Source of the DNA: a virus
Virus record (IMG/VR): IMGVR_UViG_3300045988_113168
DNA length: 64,000 bases
Strand: one strand, 5' to 3'
Each line of letters opens with the position of its first letter. The stretch's first letter is position 1. The notes beneath the pieces were generated by a model. That model was not told where the DNA came from and ran no database searches. It worked only from the letters and a program-made list of their open reading frames with translations. A program made the position numbers and the translations under genes. This document shows positions 29,621 through 40,022 of this stretch, in pieces.

Positions 29621-29827
29621 ATGAACAGCAAAATTTCTATCAATGCAACCATCGACCCCGGTTCTTTGAGTATTCCGGCAAGTCCTATCTTCCAACAGGA
29701 AAAGAATACATATTTTTGTCCGTTTTGTGTGACGAAGCTGTAGAAGTTCGAGCGTGAATGTTCTGATTGTCATCGCAAGATGGATTGGAGTAGGTTCACT
29801 GAAAAGAAGGAGGAGGTGTTCACTTGA
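29621..29827 (+). CDS. zinc-ribbon mini-protein with in-frame TAG at 29741-29743
   Basis: ATG 29621 after AGAGGTGA. The sequence reads ...FCPFCVTKL-TAG-KFERECSDCHRK..., so the two CxxC knuckles lie on either side of the TAG. The extended frame ends at TGA 29825-27, overlapping the next start (TTGA). Confidence 0.55.
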
Positions 29828-30102
29828 ATATAGATTTCTTCCGACGGCGCAAGACTCAGCTTGAAGATACGCTTCTTTTGAAAAATCAGGCCGTCGATAT
29901 GCTTGATTATCTAAAGACGCACTGCATCAACAATGACCAGTATTGTGTAATTCGGGATTATATTGAAGAAGCTGCGAAGATTCTGGAGAGCGATCTCGAA
30001 TATGCAAATAACAAACTGCAGTCTGCATTTAGACCTAAGCATGGTCGGAACAACAGATTGACTCGTGCTCAATCTAAGATGTTCCGTGATAGGGAATATT
30101 AA
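29824..30102 (+). CDS. hypothetical protein
   Basis: TTG start about 10 nt after AGGAGGAGG. Track ORF. Confidence 0.6.
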   Translation: MNIDFFRRRKTQLEDTLLLKNQAVDMLDYLKTHCINNDQYCVIRDYIEEAAKILESDLEYANNKLQSAFRPKHGRNNRLTRAQSKMFRDREY

Positions 30103-30118
30103 AATGGGGTGATGCCGT

Positions 30119-30331
30119 ATGAACACATGTAAGAAAATATGTAACTGGTGTGGTCGTGAAATCAAGCCGATAGGCAGCGAGCAGGGAATCAGTTTTGAAC
30201 ATCAATACTCTTACGGTAGCCAACTTGATGGTTCGCTTTTGAGTTTTGATCTGTGTCCTGAATGTTCAGAACGGCTCCCGGTAGTGCTCGGCGCGATGTT
30301 TTTACATAATCCCTTAAAGGACGATTTCTAA
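30119..30331 (+). CDS. zinc-ribbon small protein
   Basis: Track ORF with CNWC ... CPEC motifs. Confidence 0.6.
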   Translation: MNTCKKICNWCGREIKPIGSEQGISFEHQYSYGSQLDGSLLSFDLCPECSERLPVVLGAMFLHNPLKDDF

Positions 30332-30476
30332 CGGTAAAAGCCGTATGAAATATAAGCCATCAATAAGCCAGACGGAGGATAATACATAGAATGAATAGTG
30401 CATGAATTGATTTAAGACAGCATAAAGAAACATAAGTGATTGTTAATGAAACAAAATTACATAAAGGAGACTTGAT

Positions 30477-31580
30477 ATGGCAGATAGAATTTTTAATCTT
30501 CCTCAGACCCGTGGCTCTTTTGAGATGGCTGGTAAGGTCACCGGCACTCAGCGTAGCAACTTCTATAATGAGAAGGAGACAAAGAGTGGTGCTATGCGCC
30601 GTGTCTTGAGCTTTGGCGTTCAGACCTCTAACGAGAACACTTTCTATATTGATCTGGCTGGTATGCCTCGTGACAAGGTTTACTTCTTCCGACGTGCCGA
30701 TAAGGACAAGGGCATTGAGAAGGACAAGAAGGAAGTCGCTTGGAAGGATCGCATGACCTATGTTGCACCGGAAGGCTATGACATGATTGGCGTTAAGGTC
30801 GGTGTTACCAAGAAGACGAATGAGTCCGGCAAGGTTGTCAACGATAACAAGACTCTGACTGACTTCGATGCAGCTAAAGAGATTTCTGAGAACCTGCATG
30901 ACGGCGATAATGTGTATGTCCGTGGTAACATTGAGTACAGCACTTACAATGGTAAGCACCAGATTCGTTTTGTTCCTACTCAGGTGTCGCTGAGTTCTAA
31001 GGAAATCGACTTCGATGCAGAGGGTTTTGAGGAACTGGCTCTGTTCACTCAGACCATTGTGTACACTGGTTGCCGCAAGAGCGATGAGGGTGATGAAGTA
31101 GTTGTCGATGCGAAGATCGTAAACTATAACACCATCGAGGATGCAGAGTTCTTCATTGATTATAAGGCAAACGCTCAGAATAAGGTCCTGGCTGATTCTA
31201 TTCGTAAGCGTCTGAAGCCTTATACTAGCTTCGAGTGTTTTGGTCCCATCGTTAATCAGCAGAAGGTTGAGGAAGTTGAGACCGAGAATATCTGGGGTGG
31301 TCCCAACAAGATGAAGCGCCAGAGCACTCCGGCGGTTCGCAAGCTGTATATCGAGGGTGTTAATCCTGATTCCTTTGATCCGAATCCCGGCGAGAAGGAT
31401 GCAGAGCCTACTTACACCGAGGACAATATCTCTGAGGCACGTGCAAAGATTGCCGCTAATGCTCAGGCCAAGAAGGATTTTGACGGCAAGGCTGCTGAGA
31501 ACGACACTTCTTGGTGGGGTGGTTCTAACAAGTCTACTGTAACTCCTGTAGACGAGGAAGAGGATGACTGGGGAGTGTAA
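30477..31580 (+). CDS. putative ssDNA-binding protein
   Basis: The N-terminal OB-like pattern is GSFEMAGKVTG...RRVLSFGVQT. The C-terminal tip is acidic (VDEEEDDWGV). It heads the replication module. Assignment is tentative. Confidence 0.45.
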   Translation: MADRIFNLPQTRGSFEMAGKVTGTQRSNFYNEKETKSGAMRRVLSFGVQTSNENTFYIDLAGMPRDKVYFFRRADKDKGIEKDKKEVAWKDRMTYVAPEGYDMIGVKVGVTKKTNESGKVVNDNKTLTDFDAAKEISENLHDGDNVYVRGNIEYSTYNGKHQIRFVPTQVSLSSKEIDFDAEGFEELALFTQTIVYTGCRKSDEGDEVVVDAKIVNYNTIEDAEFFIDYKANAQNKVLADSIRKRLKPYTSFECFGPIVNQQKVEEVETENIWGGPNKMKRQSTPAVRKLYIEGVNPDSFDPNPGEKDAEPTYTEDNISEARAKIAANAQAKKDFDGKAAENDTSWWGGSNKSTVTPVDEEEDDWGV

Positions 31581-31591
31581 TTTTTAGTCTT

Positions 31592-31611
31592 AGCTAAGTA
31601 ACACAGGATAC
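31592..31611 (+). promoter_or_regulatory. variant of conserved 20-mer (AGCTAAGTAACACAGGATAC)
   Basis: Two mismatches to the consensus. Lies 36 nt upstream of ATG 31648. Confidence 0.45.
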
Positions 31612-31647
31612 TAATAAAAGAAAAGATTTGGAGAGGAATTTACATAT

Positions 31648-32796
31648 ATGGCTATGATTCGTAAGGCATCTGCTGTTCGTAAGAAGCTTCATATGCTGAT
31701 TTATGGCGAACAGGGAACTGGTAAGTCTCGTACTGCTATGCAGCTGTGCTATTTGAAAAATGCAGACGGTAAGCCGTTCCGTGTTCTGTATTTGGATACC
31801 GAGAATGGTTCTATTGATAATTACACCGAGGAGCTGGAAGCCAATGGTGTGAATCCTGATAATCTGCTGATTGTTTACACACAGTCTCTAGCAGAGGTTC
31901 AGGATTATATCAAGATGGTTACCAACGATGAGGATATTGAGGATGAGAATGGAGATGTTTATCTGGATGCAGATGGCAAGCCGTTCCGTGCAGACGCTCT
32001 GGTTGTTGACTCCGCTTCCATCCTCAAGATGACTGCTACCCAGGGCCTCACCGCCTTCTCGCAGAAGCGTGCCAAGGTTAAGGCTGCATCTCAGGGTCTG
32101 ACCGGTGATGAAAAGGCAGTTAAGATTGAGGGTGCTGGCATGGAGCTCAAGGATTTCAATACTCTGAACTTCAAGGGTCAGTCTCTGATTTTGGATCTGA
32201 ATGCATCTGGTGTGAACTACATCGTTGTTTGCCGAGAGAAGGACGAGAAGCATACTAAGGTTGTGAATGGTTCTATCGTAAGTGAGCCTACTGGTCGTAA
32301 GATTCCTGATGGGTTTGCTGGTCAGGAGTACAACGTTGATACTGAGTTCCGCCTGTATTTTCAGGATGGTCAGCAGCTCGCTTTCTTCGATAAGGATCGT
32401 ACCGGTATGCATAAGGGCGGTGAGGTCGTTGAGGATCTGACCCTGCTTGAGTATCAGGATATTATTTCTAGTAGCGCAAAGAATCGGGAGAACGTCATCA
32501 AAAACGGCTTAAACGATGCTGTTAAGACTGAGGTTAAGCTGAGTATGCGTGACCTTGGTATCGAAAACGATGAGCCGGATGATGTTCCGGCAGATAAGAG
32601 TTCCGATAGTAAAGAGCCTTCTATGGATGACATCAAGGCAAAGCTGAATGACCTGATTGCTTCCGCTTCTCCTATGAAGAAGAGTGCCGCACAGAAGGCT
32701 GTTAAGGCGGCTGGCCTGTCTACCGCATTCCGTTCTATGACTGATATTGAGGAACTGAAGAAGGTTGCCGCAGTCATGGAGAAGGAACTGGCTTAA
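31648..32796 (+). CDS. AAA_24 / Sak4-like RecA-fold ATPase
   Basis: Walker A is YGEQGTGKS. VLYLDTENGS fits the AAA_24 pattern (i.iD.E.G). The C-terminal tail is acidic and low-complexity. Confidence 0.55.
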   Translation: MAMIRKASAVRKKLHMLIYGEQGTGKSRTAMQLCYLKNADGKPFRVLYLDTENGSIDNYTEELEANGVNPDNLLIVYTQSLAEVQDYIKMVTNDEDIEDENGDVYLDADGKPFRADALVVDSASILKMTATQGLTAFSQKRAKVKAASQGLTGDEKAVKIEGAGMELKDFNTLNFKGQSLILDLNASGVNYIVVCREKDEKHTKVVNGSIVSEPTGRKIPDGFAGQEYNVDTEFRLYFQDGQQLAFFDKDRTGMHKGGEVVEDLTLLEYQDIISSSAKNRENVIKNGLNDAVKTEVKLSMRDLGIENDEPDDVPADKSSDSKEPSMDDIKAKLNDLIASASPMKKSAAQKAVKAAGLSTAFRSMTDIEELKKVAAVMEKELA

Positions 32797-33488
32797 TGGA
32801 ACTAACCCGTAAATGCAAGATTTGCGGGAAGAATATTTTCATCGAGCGAGACCGTAGCACGTTTTTCTACGACAAGACGGGCTTTTGCCATAAAGATTGT
32901 TTTGTAGAAAAAAAGAAAAATCAAAAACGCCCTTGGACAGATGACCTGCTAAGGGCATTTTTTGACAAAGCAAAACCCGCTACGGATAAAAAGGTCGATG
33001 ATCTTCTTTCCAAAAAGAGAGAACAAGACCACAATCGTGAGCTTGCACATATCAAACAGGAAGAAAAAAAGATTCTTTTCGACCATATTCGAGATACATA
33101 CGCCCCGGCGGTTGTTCCGGGTAGCTTCTACTCGAAACTTACGCAGTTGATTTCCGGGAATTATTACAAATATAGAGGTTCGATTCCTCCGCTAGAACTT
33201 TACGATATGTGGGTTCTAGCGAAACCCCGACTAGATAAAATAATTACCGAGAAAGAAGCAAAAGGTTTTGATATGAGTCAACGATGGAATTATGACTTGG
33301 CTGTTTTGCTGGCACAATATCCGAGTTATCTCGAACAAAAAGAGAGACAAGCTTCGATTCGTAGTGAATGCGAAAGTAAAACGAAGGAAAACCTGACGGA
33401 AACGGTACTGAAACGGATGAAAACAGTACCAAAACAGAGCAAAAACGAGAATGAAATTGATATAAATGCAATTCTCGATGAGATATAA
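32796..33488 (+). CDS. hypothetical protein with N-terminal zinc-finger
   Basis: Track ORF with TAATG overlap. CKICGK ... CHKDC. Confidence 0.6.
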   Translation: MELTRKCKICGKNIFIERDRSTFFYDKTGFCHKDCFVEKKKNQKRPWTDDLLRAFFDKAKPATDKKVDDLLSKKREQDHNRELAHIKQEEKKILFDHIRDTYAPAVVPGSFYSKLTQLISGNYYKYRGSIPPLELYDMWVLAKPRLDKIITEKEAKGFDMSQRWNYDLAVLLAQYPSYLEQKERQASIRSECESKTKENLTETVLKRMKTVPKQSKNENEIDINAILDEI

Positions 33489-33509
33489 AAGCACGAGGGA
33501 GGTGGATGA

Positions 33510-35033
33510 GTGGAACTCATTTCAAATATCCCGAACGAAATTCTATTTGTCGGCGCAATTTACAAGCATCCTGACTATTTGGTCGAGTATGGGCATTATG
33601 TCAAGAGCAAGTACGATTTTGCCGATGAAGCAACAAAATTTTTCTACGATGCAGCGTTAATTATTTACGAAACTCGGACTCAAGAATTCAATAAAACATC
33701 TGTTTTAACGTTTATGGCTGAAGACGAGTCCAGATTGTCCCAATACAAGCGGCTGAAGGGCTGGTCAACCATTGAATACTACATGAGCCTTGCGAATGAC
33801 GATGACATCAAGGGATACTTCAATATCCTGAAGAAATATTCGCTACTTCGTGAGTATCAGAGAAACGGTTTTAACATTGAAGGAATCTTGAAGCATCGAC
33901 AGTTTGAAATGTTTGGCGCTCAGGACATTTACAAATTGATTCGTGGCAAGGCCGACAAGATCAATACGGTTATCATCACAAACGATGATGCTGAGATTTT
34001 GAATAATGGTCTGCTGCCAATGGTCAATGAACGTCTGAGCGTTCCTGATATGGGCTTGCCGTTCCAGTATCCTATCATGAATGATTTGTTTCGAGGATTG
34101 AAGCTGGGCACTGTGATGTTCAATGGTATGCCATCTAACGCTGGTAAGACTAGATACATGATGGCGATTGTTGCATACGTCACATTGGTTCAAAAGCAGA
34201 AAGCTCTTCTGCTTTTGAATGAGATGGATCTTGAGTCAGTCAGGTATTGCTTACTGGTCACCGCTATCAATAATCCCGAATTCCAAGAGTTGCATGGTCA
34301 TCGTTTCCATAAGGATGAGCGAGAGATCACTCTTGGAATGTACCGGGATGCAAATGGAAACTTCATCTTCCGAAAGCAAAACGAAGACGGGGAATACATA
34401 GAAAGCATTGATGAGTTCACCGCTCGTGTCTATGAGGAAAGCGAAGAGTATCGTAACGTACTTGATGTTTGCCGGTGGATTGAGAATGAATCACAGGGTT
34501 TGATTATCGCAAAGGATGTTTCTGCTGATTATAGTGATAAGTCCCTGCGATTTGAAATCCAGAAGGAAGCTCTCACTCAGGGGGTTAAGTATGTGTTCTA
34601 TGATACTCTAAAGAACGATATTGCATCTATTGGTGAATGGGCGGCATTCAAGGTCACGGCCACCGAGCTTGAAGAGATTGCGAAAAATCTAAAGATTTTT
34701 ATCTACGGTAGTATCCAGTTGGCTGAAAATGCCCATGAATATCTTCCTGATGAGCTGAATTCAAACAATATTGCTGAGTCAAAAATGATTAAGCATGTTG
34801 CTTGGACGATGGTTCTGTTCAAGGAGATTCCAAAAGACAAGTTCGTGAAATATCAATACATTTCTCATGACCCTGAGTGGGGTGGTGACTGTGCCCATCG
34901 GCTGAACCCAGATAAGCGGTATTACGTTGGAAACATCGACAAGAACCGTTTTGGTGAGAAAAAGAAAATCATGTTTGAAGTGAATTTGAACCAGAATGTC
35001 TGGAAAGAGGTCGGTGTCTGCACCAGAAAGTAA
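33510..35033 (+). CDS. DnaB-like replicative DNA helicase
   Basis: GTG start 7 nt after GAGGGAGG. Walker A is GMPSNAGKT. The N-terminal helical domain begins NEILFVGAIYKHPDY, typical of DnaB. Confidence 0.7.
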   Translation: MELISNIPNEILFVGAIYKHPDYLVEYGHYVKSKYDFADEATKFFYDAALIIYETRTQEFNKTSVLTFMAEDESRLSQYKRLKGWSTIEYYMSLANDDDIKGYFNILKKYSLLREYQRNGFNIEGILKHRQFEMFGAQDIYKLIRGKADKINTVIITNDDAEILNNGLLPMVNERLSVPDMGLPFQYPIMNDLFRGLKLGTVMFNGMPSNAGKTRYMMAIVAYVTLVQKQKALLLLNEMDLESVRYCLLVTAINNPEFQELHGHRFHKDEREITLGMYRDANGNFIFRKQNEDGEYIESIDEFTARVYEESEEYRNVLDVCRWIENESQGLIIAKDVSADYSDKSLRFEIQKEALTQGVKYVFYDTLKNDIASIGEWAAFKVTATELEEIAKNLKIFIYGSIQLAENAHEYLPDELNSNNIAESKMIKHVAWTMVLFKEIPKDKFVKYQYISHDPEWGGDCAHRLNPDKRYYVGNIDKNRFGEKKKIMFEVNLNQNVWKEVGVCTRK

Positions 35034-35042
35034 GGAACTACA

Positions 35043-36065
35043 ATGGTAAATATCGCAGATTTGAAAAATTACATTCTTGAAGAACAGCAGATTGAACCGA
35101 TTCTGGAGGAACTTGGTTGTCATCATATCAGTCACAAGACTGGTTATTACCAGTGTGCAAATCCAGATGGTGACAATAGAACGGCACTCTGCGTTTACGA
35201 GAATGAAAATCTTACTGCGGTAGATTACACACGAGATATTGCCAATGGAAAGACCAGTTATGATTTGATTTCTGTCGTCCAGTTTTTTCTGGAACTGTCT
35301 TTCCCAAAAGCCATCAAGCAAATCTGCGAATGGGTTGGGCTTGATTACTATCACAACTTCGAGGAAGACCTTCCTAAAAGTATGTTGATTCTAAAAGAGC
35401 TCATTGCCATGCAAAATGAAGGTGAAGAACACGAGGATGACCGTCCGATAGTCCCAATTTCCGAAGCCATCCTCGGTTATTACAAACCTTATGTGAACCA
35501 GATTTTTGCTGACGATGGGATATCTTATGAGACGCAGCAGGAGTTTGAGATTGGCTTTGATGAACTGACAAATAGAATCACGATTCCAATCAGAGATGAA
35601 ATTGGTACTCTGGTTGGTGTAAAGGGAAGATATTTCGGTAAGCCGCCCGAAGGTGAATTGAAGTATCTGTATCTTGAGCCGTGTGCCAGAAACCGTATTC
35701 TGTATGGCCTGTACAAAACAGAGCCTTATATCAAGAATAAAGGTCTGGTATATGTTGGTGAGGCTGAAAAGTCTGTTATGCAGATGTGGAATATGGATGT
35801 CTTCAACTGTGTGGCGACTGGCGGCAAGAAGGTTTCACAAAATCAAATTGAAATTTTAACACGTATTTGCGTTGATATTTGTTTTGTCTTTGATAAAGAC
35901 GTTCGGATTAGTGAGCTTATGGTTCTCGCCAATCGATTTGTCGATGGCGTAAGTGTGTATGCTGTAGTAGACGATAAGGGGATTCTGGATGAAAAGGAAG
36001 CCCCGACTGACAATCCTGAAAAATTTAAGGCATTGATTGAGAATTGTGTTAGGAGAATTAAATGA
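35043..36065 (+). CDS. DNA primase (Toprim domain)
   Basis: The N-terminal Cys/His cluster is CHHISHKTGYYQCANP. Toprim motifs are VGEAEKSV and VFDKD. Confidence 0.65.
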   Translation: MVNIADLKNYILEEQQIEPILEELGCHHISHKTGYYQCANPDGDNRTALCVYENENLTAVDYTRDIANGKTSYDLISVVQFFLELSFPKAIKQICEWVGLDYYHNFEEDLPKSMLILKELIAMQNEGEEHEDDRPIVPISEAILGYYKPYVNQIFADDGISYETQQEFEIGFDELTNRITIPIRDEIGTLVGVKGRYFGKPPEGELKYLYLEPCARNRILYGLYKTEPYIKNKGLVYVGEAEKSVMQMWNMDVFNCVATGGKKVSQNQIEILTRICVDICFVFDKDVRISELMVLANRFVDGVSVYAVVDDKGILDEKEAPTDNPEKFKALIENCVRRIK

Positions 36066-37786
36066 ATGTAAAACTCTGGAAGGGGAGTAGGAACGACCTA
36101 TCAGATCCAATTGGAACGATTATGGAGAATAGAGGAGTCAAGGATTATAAGACCTACATGGATCTGGATGATTCTTGCTTGAGTTCTCCGTGGGAACTGG
36201 ACAACATGGAAGATGCTGTCAGGCTGTTGAACAAACATATCTGGAATAAGTCTATTATCTCTATCCTTGTAGACTGTGATGTGGATGGATTCACAAGTGC
36301 TGCAATGATGTTTCAGTATTTGAAGACGATTGGTTATTTTGGAAAAATCAATGTTCTGTATCATAGTGGCAAGGAACATGGACTCTCTAAAGAAATTGAG
36401 GTTCCACCTGAAACTACCTTGCTGATTATTCCTGATGCTGGCAGCAACGACGTTGAGCAGTGTAAGGAACTCCGTGAAAAGGGCATTGATATTTTAATTC
36501 TTGACCATCATATCTGTGATAGAGAAAACCCTTACGCAGTAATTGTCAACAACCAGAACGGTACATATCCTAATAAGGAATTATCTGGCGCTGGCGTGGT
36601 GTATAAGTTTCTTCAGGCTGTTGATGAATATAATTGGACTGATGTTGCAGACCGATATCTTGATCTGGTTGCTGTCGGAAACATTGGTGATGTCATGGAT
36701 ATGCACTCACACGAGACAAAACGTCTTTGCACGAAAGGTCTTGCACGAATTGTAAATCCGATGATTTGCGCTCTGATTGAGGCAAATAGTTTCAATATCA
36801 AGGGCGACCCGACTATCAATGATGTTCAGTTCTACATTGTTCCAATGATGAACGCATTGATTCGTGTTGGCGCATCTGAGCAAAAAAAGCGGATGTTCCG
36901 TGCGATGGTCGGTGAAGAACAGACATTCCAGTATACTCCGACTCGTGGTAAGAATGCTGGTGTCACGATTGATGAAACTCTGGCGCAGCATGTGGCTCGT
37001 GAGTGTTCCTCTTGCAAGTATCAGCAGAATAAAATCAAGGACAAGGCTGTTGGAGAGCTTCAGAAGTTAATTGAAAAGCACGGTGCAGACCAGAATAAGA
37101 TTCTTTTCTGTAACTCTACAGGTATTCTTGATAACACTCTGACCGGTGTTGTAGCAATCAAGCTGGCTGAAATGTACGCAAAACCGTGTGTGTTGCTTCG
37201 TACTTTTACTGATGAACCGGACTATTATGGTGGTTCAATGAGAAATCCTGACGGTTCTCCGATTGAAAGCCTAAAGGAATTCTTGATGAGCACCGGAGAT
37301 TTTGAATCGGTTCTTGGTCACGACAATGCTGCTGGTGTGAAAATCAAGAAAGAAAACGTGCCAAAGGCTATTGCAGACTGTGATGAACTGCTTAAAGATG
37401 TCACTATGAGTAAGGCAATCGTGGTTGACTTTGATTTTGATTACAATAAATTGAACGTTGCATTGCCGAAAACGATGTATGAGATGCACAAAATCTGGGC
37501 ACAAGGAATTTCCGAGCCGTATTTCTACATTAAAAATATTCCGCTGATTCATAGTGGATGTGCTCCGATGGGCAAGAACGGCAATATGTGGAAGTATTCT
37601 GACGAAGAAAAAGGCATTGATTTTGTGTGTTTTAATGACAATGGCCGGATGATTGGCTGGATTAACAATGACTTCTATGGTGGTCAAGAAGAAAAATACA
37701 TCAATGCTGTATGCCGGTTGTCTTTGAATCAGTATGGAAACAAGGTGACTCCGCAGGCACAGATTGTTGATTTTGAGGTGATTTGA
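36062..37786 (+). CDS. RecJ-like DHH-family ssDNA exonuclease
   Basis: DHH motifs are VDCDVDG, PDAGS, LDHH and GAGVVYKF. A C-terminal DHHA1-like region is present. Confidence 0.65.
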   Translation: MNVKLWKGSRNDLSDPIGTIMENRGVKDYKTYMDLDDSCLSSPWELDNMEDAVRLLNKHIWNKSIISILVDCDVDGFTSAAMMFQYLKTIGYFGKINVLYHSGKEHGLSKEIEVPPETTLLIIPDAGSNDVEQCKELREKGIDILILDHHICDRENPYAVIVNNQNGTYPNKELSGAGVVYKFLQAVDEYNWTDVADRYLDLVAVGNIGDVMDMHSHETKRLCTKGLARIVNPMICALIEANSFNIKGDPTINDVQFYIVPMMNALIRVGASEQKKRMFRAMVGEEQTFQYTPTRGKNAGVTIDETLAQHVARECSSCKYQQNKIKDKAVGELQKLIEKHGADQNKILFCNSTGILDNTLTGVVAIKLAEMYAKPCVLLRTFTDEPDYYGGSMRNPDGSPIESLKEFLMSTGDFESVLGHDNAAGVKIKKENVPKAIADCDELLKDVTMSKAIVVDFDFDYNKLNVALPKTMYEMHKIWAQGISEPYFYIKNIPLIHSGCAPMGKNGNMWKYSDEEKGIDFVCFNDNGRMIGWINNDFYGGQEEKYINAVCRLSLNQYGNKVTPQAQIVDFEVI

Positions 37787-37787
37787 T

Positions 37788-38129
37788 ATGGGAAATCTGA
37801 AGCGTGCTATTGCCATCGACTTTGATGGCACTCTCTGTGAGAATAATTATCCCGATATTGGTGAGCCAAACTGGAATGTCATTTATCAAGCAATTCAGGA
37901 ACAGAAGCACGGTGCTGGTCTGATTCTCTGGACTTGCCGTGAAGGAAAGCTTTTGTATGATGCAATGGAGGCTTGCTTTGATTGGGGTATTCAGTTTGAT
38001 GCAATCAATGAGAGTCTTCCTGAGTGGAAAGAGCATTTTGGCACTGCTCCTAGAAAGGTTGGAGCTGATGAATATTGGGACGATAAAGCTAAAGTTGTAA
38101 AGAATGGAGAGTTGATTGATAATGAATAA
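37788..38129 (+). CDS. small HAD-like phosphatase-fold protein
   Basis: The motif DFDGTL lies near the N-terminus. Assignment is tentative. Confidence 0.45.
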   Translation: MGNLKRAIAIDFDGTLCENNYPDIGEPNWNVIYQAIQEQKHGAGLILWTCREGKLLYDAMEACFDWGIQFDAINESLPEWKEHFGTAPRKVGADEYWDDKAKVVKNGELIDNE

Positions 38130-38427
38130 AGTGGATAATTACGATTTGTCATTAAATTTGCTTGACAAAGCACATCAATCACTTGCACATACTATTGCAG
38201 ATTTAGAACTACTTCGGGAAGGCACAGCATTTAATCAGATTTTAAATGATGGTGCTCATATTATTGAACCGGATGAATTGACTCATATTCTTGATAAATT
38301 TGCAGAGCAGCATCCAGATTGGGAGATTTGTATCGAAACTGACCACGGATCGGTTAGTGAGAAATTTAAGATGGATCATGTTTTCTATGAAGGTATGGGA
38401 GATATGATTGTTCTTGATTTTGAATGA
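38122..38427 (+). CDS. hypothetical protein
   Basis: ATG 38122 inside track ORF 38116..38427. Confidence 0.55.
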   Translation: MNKVDNYDLSLNLLDKAHQSLAHTIADLELLREGTAFNQILNDGAHIIEPDELTHILDKFAEQHPDWEICIETDHGSVSEKFKMDHVFYEGMGDMIVLDFE

Positions 38428-38430
38428 AAA

Positions 38431-38679
38431 ATGGAAAAACGACGATATAGATATTACAAAATTGATTACCGTACATATAATTATACGCTCAAGAAATATC
38501 ACAACTTACACAGAGAAATCTACGCTGAAAATGCAAGAGATGCAGTTAAAATGCTAAAAAGCAAAGAGTGTAATCGTGAGTTTGAGATTGTTAAAGTCTA
38601 CTTTGTTGATATTTTCGGTGATAGAAACGATAGGTTTTATCCACGAACTTATGTGATTGATAAAGAAGATTTTGAGTGA
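38431..38679 (+). CDS. hypothetical protein
   Basis: Track ORF. Confidence 0.55.
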   Translation: MEKRRYRYYKIDYRTYNYTLKKYHNLHREIYAENARDAVKMLKSKECNREFEIVKVYFVDIFGDRNDRFYPRTYVIDKEDFE

Positions 38680-38688
38680 GGTGAGTAT

Positions 38689-39450
38689 ATGGTTTACATT
38701 ACAGGCGATATTCATGGTGACTTTAATCGGTTTTTAGAATTGGAAAAGTTTTGCCATGAACACAATCTTGGAAAGAATGACTGGATTGTCTGCCTTGGCG
38801 ATGTCGGTTTGAACTATTACGGCAAGGACGACCCTCGCGAATGGAGTATAAAAACTATCGCCGCAGATATTCCTGCAAATCTGTTTTGTATTCATGGCAA
38901 CCACGAGCGCCGCCCGTCTCGTAAGGATGGTTATAGGACAAAGGAAATCAGTGGAGATATTTGTGGTAATGTGTGGTATGACCCACATTATCCAAATCAG
39001 TATTTTGCTATTGATGGCGAAGTCTATCAAATTCTTGCTGATAGGGAAGTATTAAACTGTCTTGTTTGCGGCGGAGCCTATTCTGTAGATAAATATTATC
39101 GGTTGGAACGTGGATATAATTGGTTTCCTGATGAACAGCCGAGTGAGAAGACTAAGAAAAAGATCTGGAATATTACACACGATCCTCAAATCGATGATAT
39201 TGATGTTATGCTCACGCATACCTGTCCATTCCGGTTCATTCCAACTGGATTGTTTATTGGTGGTATTGACCAAAGCACAGTAGACCAGTCAACTGAAATA
39301 TTCTTTGATAATATATACGAATGCTATCCTAACGATTGTAAACCGTTCTGGTATTTTGGTCACTTCCATGGCAATAAATACACTGACGATTATGTAATGC
39401 TTTTTGATGATATTATTAAGTTTGGAGATAAAGTGAAGAGTGATGAGTGA
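38689..39450 (+). CDS. metallophosphoesterase
   Basis: GDIHGD, GDVGLN and HGNHE motifs present. Confidence 0.7.
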   Translation: MVYITGDIHGDFNRFLELEKFCHEHNLGKNDWIVCLGDVGLNYYGKDDPREWSIKTIAADIPANLFCIHGNHERRPSRKDGYRTKEISGDICGNVWYDPHYPNQYFAIDGEVYQILADREVLNCLVCGGAYSVDKYYRLERGYNWFPDEQPSEKTKKKIWNITHDPQIDDIDVMLTHTCPFRFIPTGLFIGGIDQSTVDQSTEIFFDNIYECYPNDCKPFWYFGHFHGNKYTDDYVMLFDDIIKFGDKVKSDE

Positions 39451-39685
39451 ATATCATGTGAGCTGTGGAATGTTTGGTATTTACGCAGGAACTGTTAAGA
39501 AGAATGGCACGGAATGGAAAGACAAAACTCGTGTTACAGACGAAGCTATTGAAGCAGTTCGTGATTGGCTTCTTTCTGAGGCCCAGTTCAACAATAGAAC
39601 TTTTGGTGGATACACATGGACAACAAAGGACGGTAAGACTGTAACTTTGAGAGTGTCCATCGAAGATAAGGAGCAGGCAGAATGA
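39443..39685 (+). CDS. hypothetical protein
   Basis: ATG 39443 inside track ORF 39440..39685. Confidence 0.6.
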   Translation: MSEYHVSCGMFGIYAGTVKKNGTEWKDKTRVTDEAIEAVRDWLLSEAQFNNRTFGGYTWTTKDGKTVTLRVSIEDKEQAE

Positions 39686-40005
39686 TCAAAGATAAAAATT
39701 TACGAGTGCTTGATTATATTGATGGCAAAGAAATCCTCATTCAGATGGGTGAGGAAGGTTCTGAACTGTCAAAAGCTGCGATAAAGTTTTATCGTGCAAT
39801 TGACATGAAGAACCCGACACCTGTAAGTATCAATGAAGCTTACGAAAATCTCGTAGAAGAATTCGGTGATGTGCTGAATTGTATCTACGCATACTATGAT
39901 GATGACGAGGATTGCATCTTGGCGTTTACATCGAAAGCGAATGAGATTGCTAACGAGAAGCGCAAGCGCTGGATTAAGCGCTTGAAGGAACGTAATCAGT
40001 TTTAA
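39682..40005 (+). CDS. MazG-like nucleotide pyrophosphohydrolase (small phage type)
   Basis: EEGSELSKA ... EEFGDVLNC fits the EExxE...ExxD metal-binding helices of MazG-type proteins. Confidence 0.5.
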   Translation: MIKDKNLRVLDYIDGKEILIQMGEEGSELSKAAIKFYRAIDMKNPTPVSINEAYENLVEEFGDVLNCIYAYYDDDEDCILAFTSKANEIANEKRKRWIKRLKERNQF

Positions 40006-40022
40006 TGGTAAAAGGAGAATAG

